Positions 1 through 12,792 of a stretch of 64,000 nt of DNA are shown here, piece after piece (position 1 is the first letter of the stretch; the number at the start of each line of letters is the position of its first letter). The notes below the pieces were generated by a model that saw nothing but the letters and a program-made list of their open reading frames with translations, searched no databases and had not been told where the DNA came from. The translations under genes and the position numbers were made by a program. The stretch spans positions 19,628,303 to 19,692,302 of the forward strand of contig CM082577.2 in the NCBI GenBank assembly GCA_040954595.2, given 5' to 3'. Origin of the DNA: Balanoglossus misakiensis (taxonomy: Eukaryota > Animalia > Hemichordata).

Positions 1-790
1 TCAGTGCATTATTATCACATTTAGTGCATTATTTTCAGAAATAAAGTAAACAGAACAGTCATTAAATAAGCAAATTTGCATTGTATTAAATAGAAACTGG
101 CAGTGTTTATAAATGCAGCATAATTGATGTACAGACAGTTTGTCTGACTATTTTAATTAAATTTGGGGTAGTAACTCGGCATATCACCATTTCTAGCATG
201 TTTCATCAAATTTGATACATTTATTTCAGAAATATACAAATGTAGAAAAGTTCATAAAAATATGCAAATAAGCAGTAATTTGATTAAAATCTGTAAGTTC
301 TTACTAAATGCAGTTTAATTGATATGAAAATATCTGGCGAGATTCATCAGATTTGGTGCATGATCACTGGATCGTATCAGGCTAATTGATCAAAGTCATT
401 AAATGTGCAAATTAGCCATTAATTAACATGTCATTGTTAAAATTCTCATAACACAGCCACATGTCGGTCAGATCAATATAACCGTCATAACCTCGTGAGA
501 TTGCTATCTGTAGATGGTTTCATCAAATTTGGTGCAGTAATTCTCTGTTTTTGACAATGCTATTATGTTGCCTTCCATAGAGAACCATGTAACAGAAAAA
601 TCAAAACCCTGCTAACTTCATTAAAATGCAAGCCCCACCCACCAAAATCTAATCAGCGTTTGCCACTTGGAGACTGAACCAGCGTACCAAATTTGCTTGA
701 ATCTGTTCAGCCGTTCTTGAGATAGCATGCACACTGACAGACAGACAGACGCACACAGACACACACACAGAAAAGGCGGCGACATAAGAA
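1..790 (+). repeat. 3' part of a non-autonomous interspersed repeat with GACA microsatellite (HINE-like)
   Basis: Repeated catcaaatttg subunits followed by (GACA)n/(CA)n at about 737-771. Confidence 0.4.
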
Positions 791-1348
791 TTAAATTGGA
801 CAATATTTTCATTCAGCCTTCAAACTACATCATGTTCATTTACTTCTCATGTTACCAGACACATCACATAACTTGCATGTTTATTTGCTTCATGCCCTCT
901 GAAAGTTTGTAAGTCAGGAAAATGAGATGAAAATTATTGACCATGATTAAATAGATTTGTCTGACTTAGGGACTGTCTAGAATTTACTTCCAGGGGTGGG
1001 GGGGGGGGCACCCATTTTCCCCAAGAAAAATTAGGGGGGGGGGGGCAGACATAAAAATTACAATCCTTTAGGGGGCCATGTAAAAAACCCTCACAAATTC
1101 AATATTTGCCCTGAAGTACTGATTTATAAGAAACAAACCCTCATGGCTACCTGGATGACAGATGTGTATTAAATCTTCATAAGCTGGAATTTCGGGTAAT
1201 TTTTACGGTGGTTTATTTTGTATATCTAGTACAGTTTCTTGTTCTACTACTCTGTGAAGCATAATAAAATGTCCAACTTATTTGGCCTGCCAGCACAGAC
1301 CATACATGTATATGTACAATGAACAGTCAGTGTTGTTACTGTTGATAA

Positions 1349-2556
1349 CAAGGTGGTGAGGGTCACGACGTCACTTCCGGTTTAACCCGCTCTTAGTCAG
1401 CAAAACATGGTCGACCCAGCAGTGTCACGCATGTAGCTTTCTGTGCGCAATCGACTTATGTTTTCGTAGGTTATGTAAAGGAAACTCTGTTCGAACGAAA
1501 AACCAATCCAATTTTTATAAGTTCATGTATGTTAGCATCGTTCTGTGAGGAAAGTACTATCGATTTTGTTCCGAGTCGCGATTTATTGGTGTTTTTTCAC
1601 TCCGTATGTCAGCTGGCATCATGGCGTACTGTTGCCAACGATCGTACTCGGGCGACGTAGTTTGAAGTTAGCAGGCAGACTAAACAGCGGTCGCACAGCT
1701 TTGTTATTTGTATATTTTGAAAGACTAATATGTAATATGTGTGAAATTGCATGGGAGCCCCAAAGCGCCCCTTTTATTTTATCGATTTCACCGTATTTAG
1801 AAACTGTACTATCTCATAGGCGCCCAACATATTCCCTATCCGTATGTGAAGGCCGTGGTGATCGCAACTTACTGTAATACTAAATTTTAGAATAACCCTA
1901 TTACAGTCAACACGTTCCTGAAAAAGACCAACGACATTATGCTCACTTCGGTACCATTCCAGTGGCAGTAAAATTTTCTTTCAAGCACTTACATACGATT
2001 TTCTATGTGGTAGTTAAGGACGCGCGCCGTTTGACTTGCGTAACTAACCACATATTTACAAACATGCATGTAGGTTTCTTGTACTCATTGTGCGTAAAAT
2101 AAAATGAAGTCTTCTGGTTTTCGTTTATTTGCGGTTTGGAGTGGGGTTTAAACAAATTCTGTACATATTTGAGAAGAAAACTGAGTTGTAATAGAATGAA
2201 TAGAAAAGCTGCAACGGTATGTTGGCCTACGGTAAAGCTTTTCACGCTCGGCGGCCATCATGCAGCAACGCCCCGTTGGCGTATGCGCATAGCCCCGCGG
2301 CCAGTACATCGATCCGAATAGACGGTTAAAAACGTCAAGCGAGCCGAAAATATCACAGAGAACGAACTTGGTACCAATCTGTGCACAACTATATGTCCGG
2401 TGTCACAAAAATCGAAAATATCATACGTAAAAGGTTCAAAGAAAGTGATCGTCCAGACACTGCTGACGTGTGTACTCGAGGCCAGCCTGAAGTCAAATGA
2501 ACGCTTACTCATGTTGGACCCCCCATGGTGCTCTACGCGTGACCCTCACCACCTTG
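1349..2556. mobile_element. P-element-like non-autonomous TIR element
   Basis: Perfect 19-bp TIR caaggtggtgagggtcacg; 7-bp TSD ttgataa; CA...TG termini. Confidence 0.75.
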
Positions 2557-3421
2557 TTGATAACTGAGCTCAATTCAAGTCCAGACTAGAATTCATTAAT
2601 TTTCTCATCAATAACATTCACACATGGATGTCGCTGAAACAACATGGGGTGTTCTATGATGGGATAGCATAAGAAACCGTTGTTGGTTCATAGAAAATAA
2701 AATAATGAAAAAATGTCAAAACATTTAGCAATTAAACATCCCTTTACTTAAAAAATGACTAGCAACTCTGCCACTGCGCAAAGTAACATGTCCGCATGAA
2801 TTTGGAGAGATTTTTTCAGTGCCAGTATCAGTGTCACTTTCACTCTCACTTTCGCTAGGATTGTCACTCTTAAGAACCCCAATGACAGACATTTCCAATT
2901 TCACTGTCATCAGAATCACTGCTGTCTGACTCATCTGACTGATTACGTGTCATTATCTCCTTCCCTGTCATTTGTCTCAAATTAAAATTAGGTTGTATTT
3001 GGACATGGGTGGCAATTATTTTCACTTTTTCTCCTTTCAGTTTTTTCTGTTTGGTAATTTATGTTTATTGAGATATTTGTCCAACATTTGTCAAAATACT
3101 GAAAGAACTGCATGGTCTCTTTGATGAAAGTGGATGGGGTATTGTTGTTGACTGGTGGAGTTATTGGGACATCGATTATGACAGTGACTAATTAAGTTTA
3201 GTGAATGGAATTACCCTCAATTCTCATTGATTTAACAAATCTAACAGAAATATAACAATCACTTTATATGTGATTTCATGTTATGAATAAGGTGTTCTTT
3301 TTCAAGAAAAGGTCTGAAATACTCCTCAGGATTGTTGCTTTCAGTGGCGCAGTCACTTTGCTTTGTGCCAGGCAAAATTGTTTAAAAAAATTTTTTAAAA
3401 AACACATAAAATTGTGCATGA

Positions 3422-4661
3422 GGCCAGGAAGAAAAAATAAATTGTTCATCGGAATCGCCGCTTCTACTTTGGCTGATTTGGAATTTTTTTTTTTTTTTTT
3501 TTTTTTTGGGGGGGGGGGGGGATCTCGGCAAATTCTACTTTCGCGTTACAAAATTCTTAGTACTACCGCTGGTGGCCAGAATATGTTGTGCAAACACCAA
3601 CTGTAAATGTAATGGCCTATGTTATTGTTATCACATACATAGCTCCGCATATACCATAGTATGACGTCAGACGTAGGTAAATTTGCACCAAGCGTTATTG
3701 TAATACCCATCCCTCTGATGTCACCAAACGGAACTATTTTAAACTTGTAAAAAAGGCCCCTTAGGGCGACAAAATTCAGTGCAATTGTTCGTTTTATTTC
3801 GATATTAAAAAATAAGCAAAGATAAATAAAATGTTTCGTATGTGTAAATATGGACGATCGACGATTAGTTTTACCTGTGTACATTTTTATCGCACCAACC
3901 GGCACCAAAACTGTCGCGAGGTCGTCAGTGCTGAGCCATTGTCGTCGCGTTGTCGAACGAGCGACAGGTACAAAACTGAGTATTCGCAAAAATTTTGATG
4001 CGACGATTAGAGCAAAATGGTCTACTCATAAAGCAAAAGGCATAAGAAAGGTTTCCTGCTCCAGTGAAACCTTGACGGACGATGAAATCCAGCTGACTCA
4101 CGACAGACGGGTCCTCGCCAAAACCAGAATCGTCCAGGTCGTGACCTGAGTCACCTGACAGATAGACCGCATAACATCGATCTTCAATTTTGCACAAAAT
4201 AGTTCCAAATTTTATCGCAACCACAAAGAGATTTATTTGAAAATCAAAATTAGCGGATCTATGTATGTGATAAACATATAATTCCCCCGTATTCCTCACT
4301 CGTGTACCTGCGTCGCGAACTCATGATTCCCCGTATAGCTGTATCCCTCCTCGCCTGCAGCTCAGAGGGATACGGCCGCTATATGGGGAATCACTCGTCC
4401 GCGACGCAGGCACACTCGTTCGAAATACGGGGGAATTATATATAAGAATTCGGTTACAAGTACATGTATCAGTGTTTTTGTCTGAGATATTTCTGGTAAA
4501 AAAGGGAAACAATTATCTCGCCTTATCTGCATCTGTGCAAATATGCCAGAGAACCGCATTTACCTTCAGCCTAAAAAAAAAACAAAAAAAAATGTTTCGC
4601 TCGCCGCTCCTGGAACTAGGTCCAAAAAATCCGATGAACAAGTTTTTTTTTCTCTCTGGCC
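3422..4661. mobile_element. Harbinger-type MITE
   Basis: Imperfect TIR ggccag...ttgttcatcgga / tccgatgaacaa...ctggcc; TGA on both flanks. Confidence 0.65.
4277..4441 (-). repeat. Long foldback with TC/TC (GA/GA) mismatches
   Basis: Arms ataattcccccgtatt / aatacgggggaattat; three TC/TC mismatches in the stem; apex ctcgcctgcagctcag. Confidence 0.85.
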
Positions 4662-4795
4662 TGACTGCATTATTTTTTAATTTACCCATTGAAAAACAAG
4701 AAACATTTTATTTATGTTTTTGCCAAAACTTGCAGAATATTTTGAAAATACGGTAAAGGACACAATCTCCTGTTTGATTTGAATTTTCTAAAAAA

Positions 4796-6233
4796 TAGCG
4801 TCAAGGACACTGTGGTCCCATTTGAGGATTATGCGGAAACAGTGACACACCTGAATAAAAATAACAGGTGACATTGCAAGCAGATATGATCTTACCATAT
4901 AGAAATATGGAATGTAAGAAAATTATCAAAGAACATGCCCAATAAACGGTCATGTGTCATGGCAGTCTTACAAGTGGTGCTATAAAAAAAAATTGACCAA
5001 AAAATGTCTGTACAAATACATATAAGAAGCAACTTCTTTCAGTCAGCCATGGAACAGACAGTCTGACAGACACACACTGACCTGCCACTGGTAATTAAAA
5101 ATTTAATAGCTGGTGGTATCTGTAACAACTGGCCATTCAAAGTTATGTAAAAATGTCTTAGTTCAGGGTAACAACTCCTTGGAAATAGTAACTTTAAAAA
5201 CAACTGGACAAATGGTTTAGGAGAAGATTTGCTAACTAAAAACAAAGAAACTTACAAAAAGACTCGCTAAATATTGAATATTTCTGATATCAGAATTGAA
5301 TAAAAGTTGCACATATACATGTATTTGTTATGACATTATATCCTAAATTTCAGAGCAATCAGAGAAAAAACACATTTCAAAGCAATCCAACAAGAAGTTT
5401 CACAGAAAATATTTGTTCAAAAGTGGCAAAAACACAAATATGCAAATATCACCAAAATTGTACAATATCTTACTTCAATCACTACAAGGAACATACTGCC
5501 AAAGTTCAATGCAATATGACAAGCGGTTTCAGAGAAAACAATTTTTGACAAAAATTTCAAAAGTTTCCCCGATAACAAATTTATGCAAATTTCACATTTT
5601 TTTACAACATATTACTTAGGTTACCCCTACGAACATGCCTACCAAATTGCAAAGCAATCTGGCATGCGGTTTTAAAGAAAAAAAAAATTGACCAAAAATG
5701 GCAAATATTGCTCAAAATTATAAATATGCAAATTTTGCAACAATTTGAACAAAACTATGGTTACTCAGACAACCATTAGGAATCTTCATACTAAATTTCA
5801 AAGAAGTAAGCCCATCACTTTCAGAAATGAAGACTTTTTACCAATACCATGGAAAAATACAAAAAAATGCATAAAAAACAGGAAATCGATAATATTAGCT
5901 CAAAACATACAGGACTGTTTTGAGGATGACATAAGGTACATGCATACCAATTTTCAAATCAATATGACCAGTGGTTGTTGAGTTTTTACCAATTTCACAT
6001 TTTCCCAGCTAATTTGCATAATTTTGGCAATGACACCTTCATTTGAACAATCTCCCATCTGCAGCCCAGCCTGCATCTACGCACCAAATATCGAGGTCAT
6101 ACGCGCAGCGGTTTTCAAGTTTTTGATGTGGACGGACATACAGACATATATCCATCCATCCATCCATCCATACATACATACAGACGCAACAGATCCCATA
6201 AGGTCCCATGGTCATACCAATGGGACCTAAAAA
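4796..6233 (+). mobile_element. Helentron-associated-like (HINE/DINE-1-type) non-autonomous element, family A
   Basis: 5' tagcgtcaaggacactgtggtcccat; gacggacatacagac microsatellite; 3' hairpin aggtccca...tgggacct; A-rich flanks; related ends at 15369, 18610, 58391, 16597, 25133, 34070. Confidence 0.65.
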
Positions 6234-6938
6234 TACTTGATTGTTGATTGTTAAAAGGAGAAAGTAAAATGTGAAATTGTTAAACAATTGATTATTGTCA
6301 ATTTCCTGAAACTGTCACACATAACCCATTGAAAAATGCTGTATTGAAAAATATAAAACAAATACCATGTCACTCTGCTTGATAATTAGATACAACGATA
6401 ATTGTATATTTTCCTTTGAAAAACCTCTGATGCAAAAGTGCTGACGCAACGTTTTTTTGACATGGCTTATGTACAACTAAAGTGTTTGATGTAGTGGACA
6501 TAGTGACAGGAATTTTTGTCATAATTAACTTATTTTCAGAAACCTACAATCTTAGTTGCCCATTGCTAGGCTTCCCAAAAGTCCCCTGTACAATTGGTTA
6601 TATCAGTAAGTAAATGATCTCTTGATTGTTCTTGCAAAGGGTGATGAACTTGTCAGACTGTGTGTGCCGTAGTCTGTAAGCATGCATGTATATATTGGGG
6701 GGGGGGCATGGAAAAAAAACAGGAAATTTATGGGGGGCCACAAATTTCCTCCACAATTTACTAGGGGGGCCATGGAAAAAAATCACAAGGAAAATAAGAA
6801 ATCCTCCAGCCCCACCCTGGAAGTAAATTCTGGACAGTCCCTTAGTCAATTTTGTGTTTGCCTCCACTCCTTTTTCATCTGATGACAACTTCTCTGCATG
6901 GTTTCTTGACTTTTGTGGTGAATTAAAAGTCAATAGAT

Positions 6939-7088
6939 CGTCTCACGCGCATGCGTGTAACTTCCCAGCAAATTTTCCGTTCAATGCATTCAAATAGTGG
7001 ACTGCCTTCGCTTCCTCGCCTTATGGGATTGATTGTTCACTAAACGTCTGTAACCAGCGGCTACAGCTGGAACATGCGTGTGAGACGA
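6939..7088. mobile_element. Short MITE
   Basis: Inverted termini tcgtctcacRcgcatg / catgcgtgtgagacga. Confidence 0.5.
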
Positions 7089-7102
7089 GCTAGGCGCTTT
7101 AA

Positions 7103-7449
7103 AGGGACAAAGTCTCTCTCTCGCTGCTCTTTTTTCCATTAATTATATTTGATACAAGACACCGTTTGTTATTCTACATGTGGATATATAGTGAAGGAAC
7201 ATTCAACCACACACAACTTCCATCCCTCTTATAGACAGGAGAGTGAAAAAACTCGCCAAAATGAATAATCGTTCTTTCCCATTTATTCATTTTGGGCGAG
7301 TTTTTATTCTCATATCATACAAGTGGGATGGAAGTTTTGTGTGGTTGATCATTGATTCACTATATATCCACATTTACATTAACATAACCAGTGTCTTGTA
7401 TCAAACATAATTAATGGAAAAGGGGCAGCTGGAGAGAGACTTTGTCCCT
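7103..7449. mobile_element. Palindromic MITE with TTAA flanks (Kolobok-like)
   Basis: ttaa-agggacaaagtctctct...agagagactttgtccct-ttaa; arms complementary over about 160 bp; fragment also at about 14580-14630. Confidence 0.7.
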
Positions 7450-7619
7450 TTAATAGATCTGGAGGGAATACTCAGTCAGAATGAAAATGGCCTGTAAACA
7501 TCTTGCTTGTTAATCATAAGCAGTTAAATTTGCCTTTGCTACCATTTATACCCAAAATTCTGTGACCCTGTCTTGTTTGGAAAGCAGTTAGTACTATTGT
7601 TCATTGGCACAAATCAGAA

Positions 7620-10600
7620 TTCTATGAGTATAGACATAAAGGACAGATTAAAGATGACGAACGTGAAGCGCAAATCAGCACGCTATAAGTATGCGTGGAC
7701 GCGGAATGGTGAAGTTCTTGTGAAGAAAAGTGAGCAGTCACCTGTACTAGTGATAAGGAATGAGCTGGACCTTGCCAAGATTGTATAAACCATCTTGTAG
7801 ACATTTTCGTTAGTTCAAGTACTTTTGACCCTCATGGCTATGATCTCTGAAAATTGTGACATTCCTATTAATGAAGTTAAAGTTGTAAAAACTATTCTTT
7901 ATGTGAATTTAATGATGAGTTTGCTGTTAATGATAACTTATTTTCAATCTCTCACCTAAACATAAGGTCATTGAGAAGGAATTATGATAGTTTTAAGTTG
8001 TTTTATGAGGTTTGTTTGAATACTAAATTCAAAGTAATTGCACTGTCTGAAATATGGCAGGTGCAGGATAAAACTTTGTATAATATGTCGAATTATTCAT
8101 TTGAAATTAATACCAGGAGTACAGGTAGAGGAGGAGGGGTCGGGATGTACCTTCATGAGTCACTAAATTACAATTTGTTGGATATTGAAATCAGTAACGC
8201 AGAGTCGATGTGGGTTGAGATTAAAATGGGCAAGAATTTATATTTAGTTGTGGTATTGTACAGACCGCCAAACACAAATGTCAGTGATTTTATTTCAAGC
8301 ATGGAAAAAACTATTGCCTCATTCAGCAATAAATACAAGGGTTCTTTTCTTGTTGGTGAATATTGATCTGAGCAAATCGTCCAACACTATGGGGGATGAC
8401 TTGTTGGAAAGTCTAGCATGTTTTAATTTTGTACAAGCAATAACCTGCCCTACCAGAATTACAGATAACTCATCCTCAATTATTGATCATCTTTATACTA
8501 ATGTCATTGGTAAACAAATTAAGGCGGGTACAATAATCTCAGACATATCCGATCATTGGCCAATTTTTGCCTTTCTTCCTTCACTTATTATTCCATCTCA
8601 GTTATCTGCTACAGTATTTATTATTATTATTAAAATTGTTTAAAATGCGCTACACATATGTCTCAGCGCATTGTACATAGCTAAAAGAGTAGATTAAAAA
8701 ATACAAGGCTGGTAAAAAATAGTTAAAAGGACACAATCGAACACGTTACACATAAAACCGAGTAAAAAGGTATGTTTTCAAATTACGCTTAAAAATATTG
8801 ACACTTCTGGCGGTTTTGATATCAAGGGGTAAATTGTTCCATAAAATGGGCGCACAAACTGAAAAAGCTCTCTGTCCGTAGGTTTTGTTTAATTTACCAT
8901 GAGGATGAGTTAAAAAGAATTGAACGCTCGAGCGCAGTTCTCGAGCTGGTACATATAAATGTAAAAGATCAGTCAAATAGGCAGGTGCCTTACCACTGAT
9001 ACATTTGAATGTGAGCAAGAGAATTTTAAAACTGATGCGGGCCTCTACCGGTAGCCAGTGTAAATCTTTGAGTATGGGTGTGATATGATCGGACTTGCGC
9101 GTACGAGTAACTAGCCTCGCCGCAGCATTCTGTAGAGACTGAAGTCGAGCTAGATGTCCCTTCGGGATACCAAACAAAAGACTATTACAGTAATCTAAAT
9201 GAGACGTTACAAATGCATGAACTAGTTTCTCAGTTGTAGATCTGTCAAGAAGATTACGAATTTTAGCTATTCTATGCAAAGAGAAGAAACCGTTTTTGCA
9301 CAGCTTACTAATATGATCAGACATGCTACCATCCTGACTTAAAATAACGCCGAGATTTTTAACTGAAACTGAAGGAATTATGTCACATTGTCCGATTCTT
9401 AGACAGTCTAATTTTGTCACATTAGATTTTAAACTTGATGAAAAGTGAATAACTTCAGTTTTATCATCATTCAGTACAAGCATGTTAGATTTCATCCAGC
9501 TGCGGATATCATCGACGCAGAGCTCAATGTTATTGCGAACATCGTTAGGGCTGTTGCAGATGGCATAAATTTGCGTATCGTCCGCGTATATCATGCAATC
9601 AATCCCGTGTTTTCCGAAGATGTCTTCCAGAGGTGCAGTGTAGAGTGTAAACATGAGAGGTCCTAGAACAGATCCTTGTGGAACGCCATATTTCATGCGA
9701 GAACTTGCGGATGATGCAGATCCAACCTTGACGCACTGTTGGCGATTAAGGAGGTACGAACGAAACCACGATAAAGTGTTACCAGTTATTCCAAAACGAT
9801 GATGTAGTCTCTGTAGCATTATTTAGACGAGACTATAGGAATTTTCAGCCAGAAGCTTTTAGAGATGATATAACATCTGAGTGTTGGGATACAGTGTTAC
9901 ATTGTCAGGATGTTAATTTGGCTTACGCCAATTTTGCTAGCAGATTTCTGGAAATTTGAAACAAGTATGCTCCCTTAGTGAGCTATCAACAAAGTAAGAG
10001 CCTGAAGAAACAGAAGGATAAACCATGGATTACGAGTTCTCTAAAAAAGGCTATCAGAGCAAAGCACAGGCTACTTATGAAAGTTCACAAAAGTCATTTC
10101 AATGAGGAAATTTTTAGTCACTACAAAAAATATAGAAACACACTGACAAGTACGCTGAGAAAGGCAAAAAAGCAGTATTATGTTAAATTATTTTCTGATA
10201 ACAAAGGTAAAATGAAGGAGACATGGGAAACTTTGAATGAGTTAATTGGGAATTCAAAGCGTAAGAAGTTGACACTTCCTGATTATTTGAAAGTTATGGA
10301 AAATGGCGGTAACATAATACTCATACAAAACTAAGTGATTTTGTAGAAGATTTTAATTGTTTTTTCGTCCACATTGGGGATAATTTAGCCTCTAAGATAC
10401 CTTACTCGGACAAGATAGATTTTCAACATTACATGAATAACAATTTTAAAGACTCTTTCTTTTTACAGCCAGTGACTGAAAATGAGATCAGTAACTATAT
10501 TTTAAGCCTAGATATTCGTAAAGCCACAGGTTGGGATGACATCCCCTCAAGACTCGTTAAGGAAGCACATGATTGCATATGCACTCCATTATGTAACATC

Positions 10601-12298
10601 ATAAACCTCTCCTTTGCCACTGGTCAGTTTCCAAACTTGTTAAAAATCGCACGTGTAATGCCTTTATATAAAAAGGGTAATATTAATGAGATTGGCAACT
10701 ATAGACCTATCTCAGTGTTACCTGTATTGAGCAAAATTTTCGAAAAAGCTGCCAATGACCGTATCATTAAGTATTTAGACAGGTTACATATTTTGTATGA
10801 CCATCAGTACGGTTTTAGAGAAAAACATAGCTGTCGAGTTTCCCTTGTAAGTCTTGTCCAATGTTTGCTTGATGTAATAGATAATGGCGATTTATCATTT
10901 GGTATGTTTATAGACTTCGCCAAGGCATTCGATACGGTCAATCATGATATTTTAATTTCAAAACTGCAGCATTATGGCATTAGAGGGGTACCATTACTGT
11001 GGTTCAAAAGTTACTTAAAATCAAGAAGTCAATATGTTGGCATCAATAACACTGAATCACGGAAACAGACTATCACATGTGGTGTACCTCAAAGGTCAAT
11101 TCTCGGCCCAACTCTCTTCTTAATTTACATTAATGACATACCAAACTCCTCAGCTTTGTTTAATTTTAGGCTTTATGCCGATGACTCAAACCGTTTCCAT
11201 TCAATGCGCAAAATGAATATACTTTCCCTTAATGATATTAACAGCGAACTGTACAAGGTGATTCAGTGGTGTGATGCTAACAAATTGACCATAAATGCTG
11301 CAAAGACTGTGTATATGATCATCGGTGGAAAACAAAATAGAACGATTGAGGGGTCAATTTCTTTGAAGGGCACTACTGTAAACGAGGTTGAGTGCACATC
11401 CTTTGTTGGTCTTCTTATGGATAATAAGCAATTATGGAAAAATCATGTTGCTGAAGTGAGAAAGAAGATTTGTCGGTTTAAAATAACTGGAATTTTTTAT
11501 AAGCTGAGATTTACTGTTCCACAAGAGACACTTGTGATGTTGTATAATACTTTTGTTTTACCACACATTTCCTTTGGCTTAGAAGTATGGGGAAGTACTT
11601 TCAAAACATATCTTCATGATATTTATATAATTCAAAAACGTATTTTACGCATTATTACAGCCAGTAATTACGATGCTCCTCGTGCCCCATTATTTAAAAA
11701 GCTAGAGATTCTCGATATATACAGTCAATTTAAGTTACAAGTTGCTATTTTCGTCCATGACACACTTCATAATAGACTTCCTTCGCATTTTGACTCTTAT
11801 TTCACCCAATTACACCATCCTTATGGTACTCGTTCAAGAGATAAAAATATTCTTCATACCCCCCTAAGTATAACAGTCGGTTAGGTCAGACTTCAATCAA
11901 ATTTGTTGGTCCCACAGTATGGAATAGCATTCCAGAAAGAATAAAAAATGTTCACTCTCGTTACAGATTTAAGAATGAAATGAAACATTATTTGTTATTT
12001 GGTGTATAATATTTTCACGACCCGTTTTCACTACACTAAGAATTCTTTCACTACTTGTCATAAAGCTATACATGTTAGTCTTTTATTGTATGCTGCATGT
12101 ATTAGAAGCAGTTGCCACCTACAGATTTACTCAGTAATGTATATCTGGCTAAAAGGCTGATCGATTAGTTGCTAACGCAACTACTGTTCAGTCTTTTTCT
12201 CTCTTCAACTTTCTACTGTTGATGCTGACTTGTATTTAAGTTGTTATGATTATGATCCGATTTGATTTGAGAATAAACTATTATTATTATTATTATTA
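7620..12298 (+). mobile_element. CR1/L2-group LINE, 5'-truncated and decayed: ORF1 tail, APE endonuclease, RT
   Basis: ORF1 C-terminus YKYAWTRNGEVLVKK; APE motifs LSEIW, GGGVG.Y, YRPP, PTRIT...IDH, ISDH; RT motifs NYRPISVL, QYGFR, DFAKAFDTV, YADD; aataaa followed by (TAT)n tail; frameshifts and stops. Confidence 0.93.
8621..9819 (-). mobile_element. 5'-truncated L2/CR1-type LINE nested in the LINE above
   Basis: ORF 8746-9819 with GVPQGSVLGP, YADDTQ, LHWLPV; (TAA)n tail; TSD tattta at 8615-8620 and 9820-9825. Confidence 0.93.
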
Positions 12299-12386
12299 AA
12301 ACTATTTGCTGACAAAGGTGAAACCTAGTGATTGGAGAACTCTGCATACAATATTATTAATGTGAAAAAAGAACTTATGAACTTAC

Positions 12387-12486
12387 TGTGGCGTTCACAG
12401 CAGCATGTAGAATTACCCCCAGTGTATAAACAAGTCTTCCTAAGAGAAGGTGGTCTTGATCCAATAAATTTAAAGTGCAGATACTC
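12387..12486 (-). CDS. TELO2: TELO2 exon, last one found (SICTLNLLDQDHLLLGRLVYTLGVILHAAVNAT)
   Basis: tttgttAG/GTaag; resembles DLLGEDQLVLGRLAHTLG. Confidence 0.92.
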
Positions 12487-12733
12487 CTAACAAAAAAAAT
12501 CAATGTAAAATTATTTTATTTATCAAAATAATACAAAAACAGCATCAAGGTGACTGAATTCCCATATAGTTAGACTTGGTTCCACAACAAACCCTCTCCA
12601 TCAGACACCTTTAAATGTGAACTGTACATAATTTGAATAAATCTCATCAAGAACATTTCTGTGATCCTGTAAAAGTTAGTGGCACTTTGATCAGTTTTAT
12701 GTAAAATAGATATTTGGCTTCCAAAAGCCAAGC

Positions 12734-12792
12734 CAATCTGATTAAAATCAGATGTAGATGTGTGTTTCCTACATCTGATTTTAATCAGATTG
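12734..12792. mobile_element. 59-bp palindromic mini-MITE
   Basis: TIR caatctgattaaaatcagatgtag; flanking duplication aagccaagc; same termini as 53859-53984. Confidence 0.75.

Larger units (their letters stand above)
969..6841. mobile_element. PIF/Harbinger-type non-autonomous TIR element, expanded by nested insertions
   Basis: TIR gggactgtcYagaatttacttccagggtggg at 969 and inverted ending 6841; TTA on both flanks. Confidence 0.75.

Noticed and set aside
1-12300. Remaining C-terminal TELO2 exons
   Set aside because: No matching peptide found by eye; probably outside the window, though small exons could have been missed
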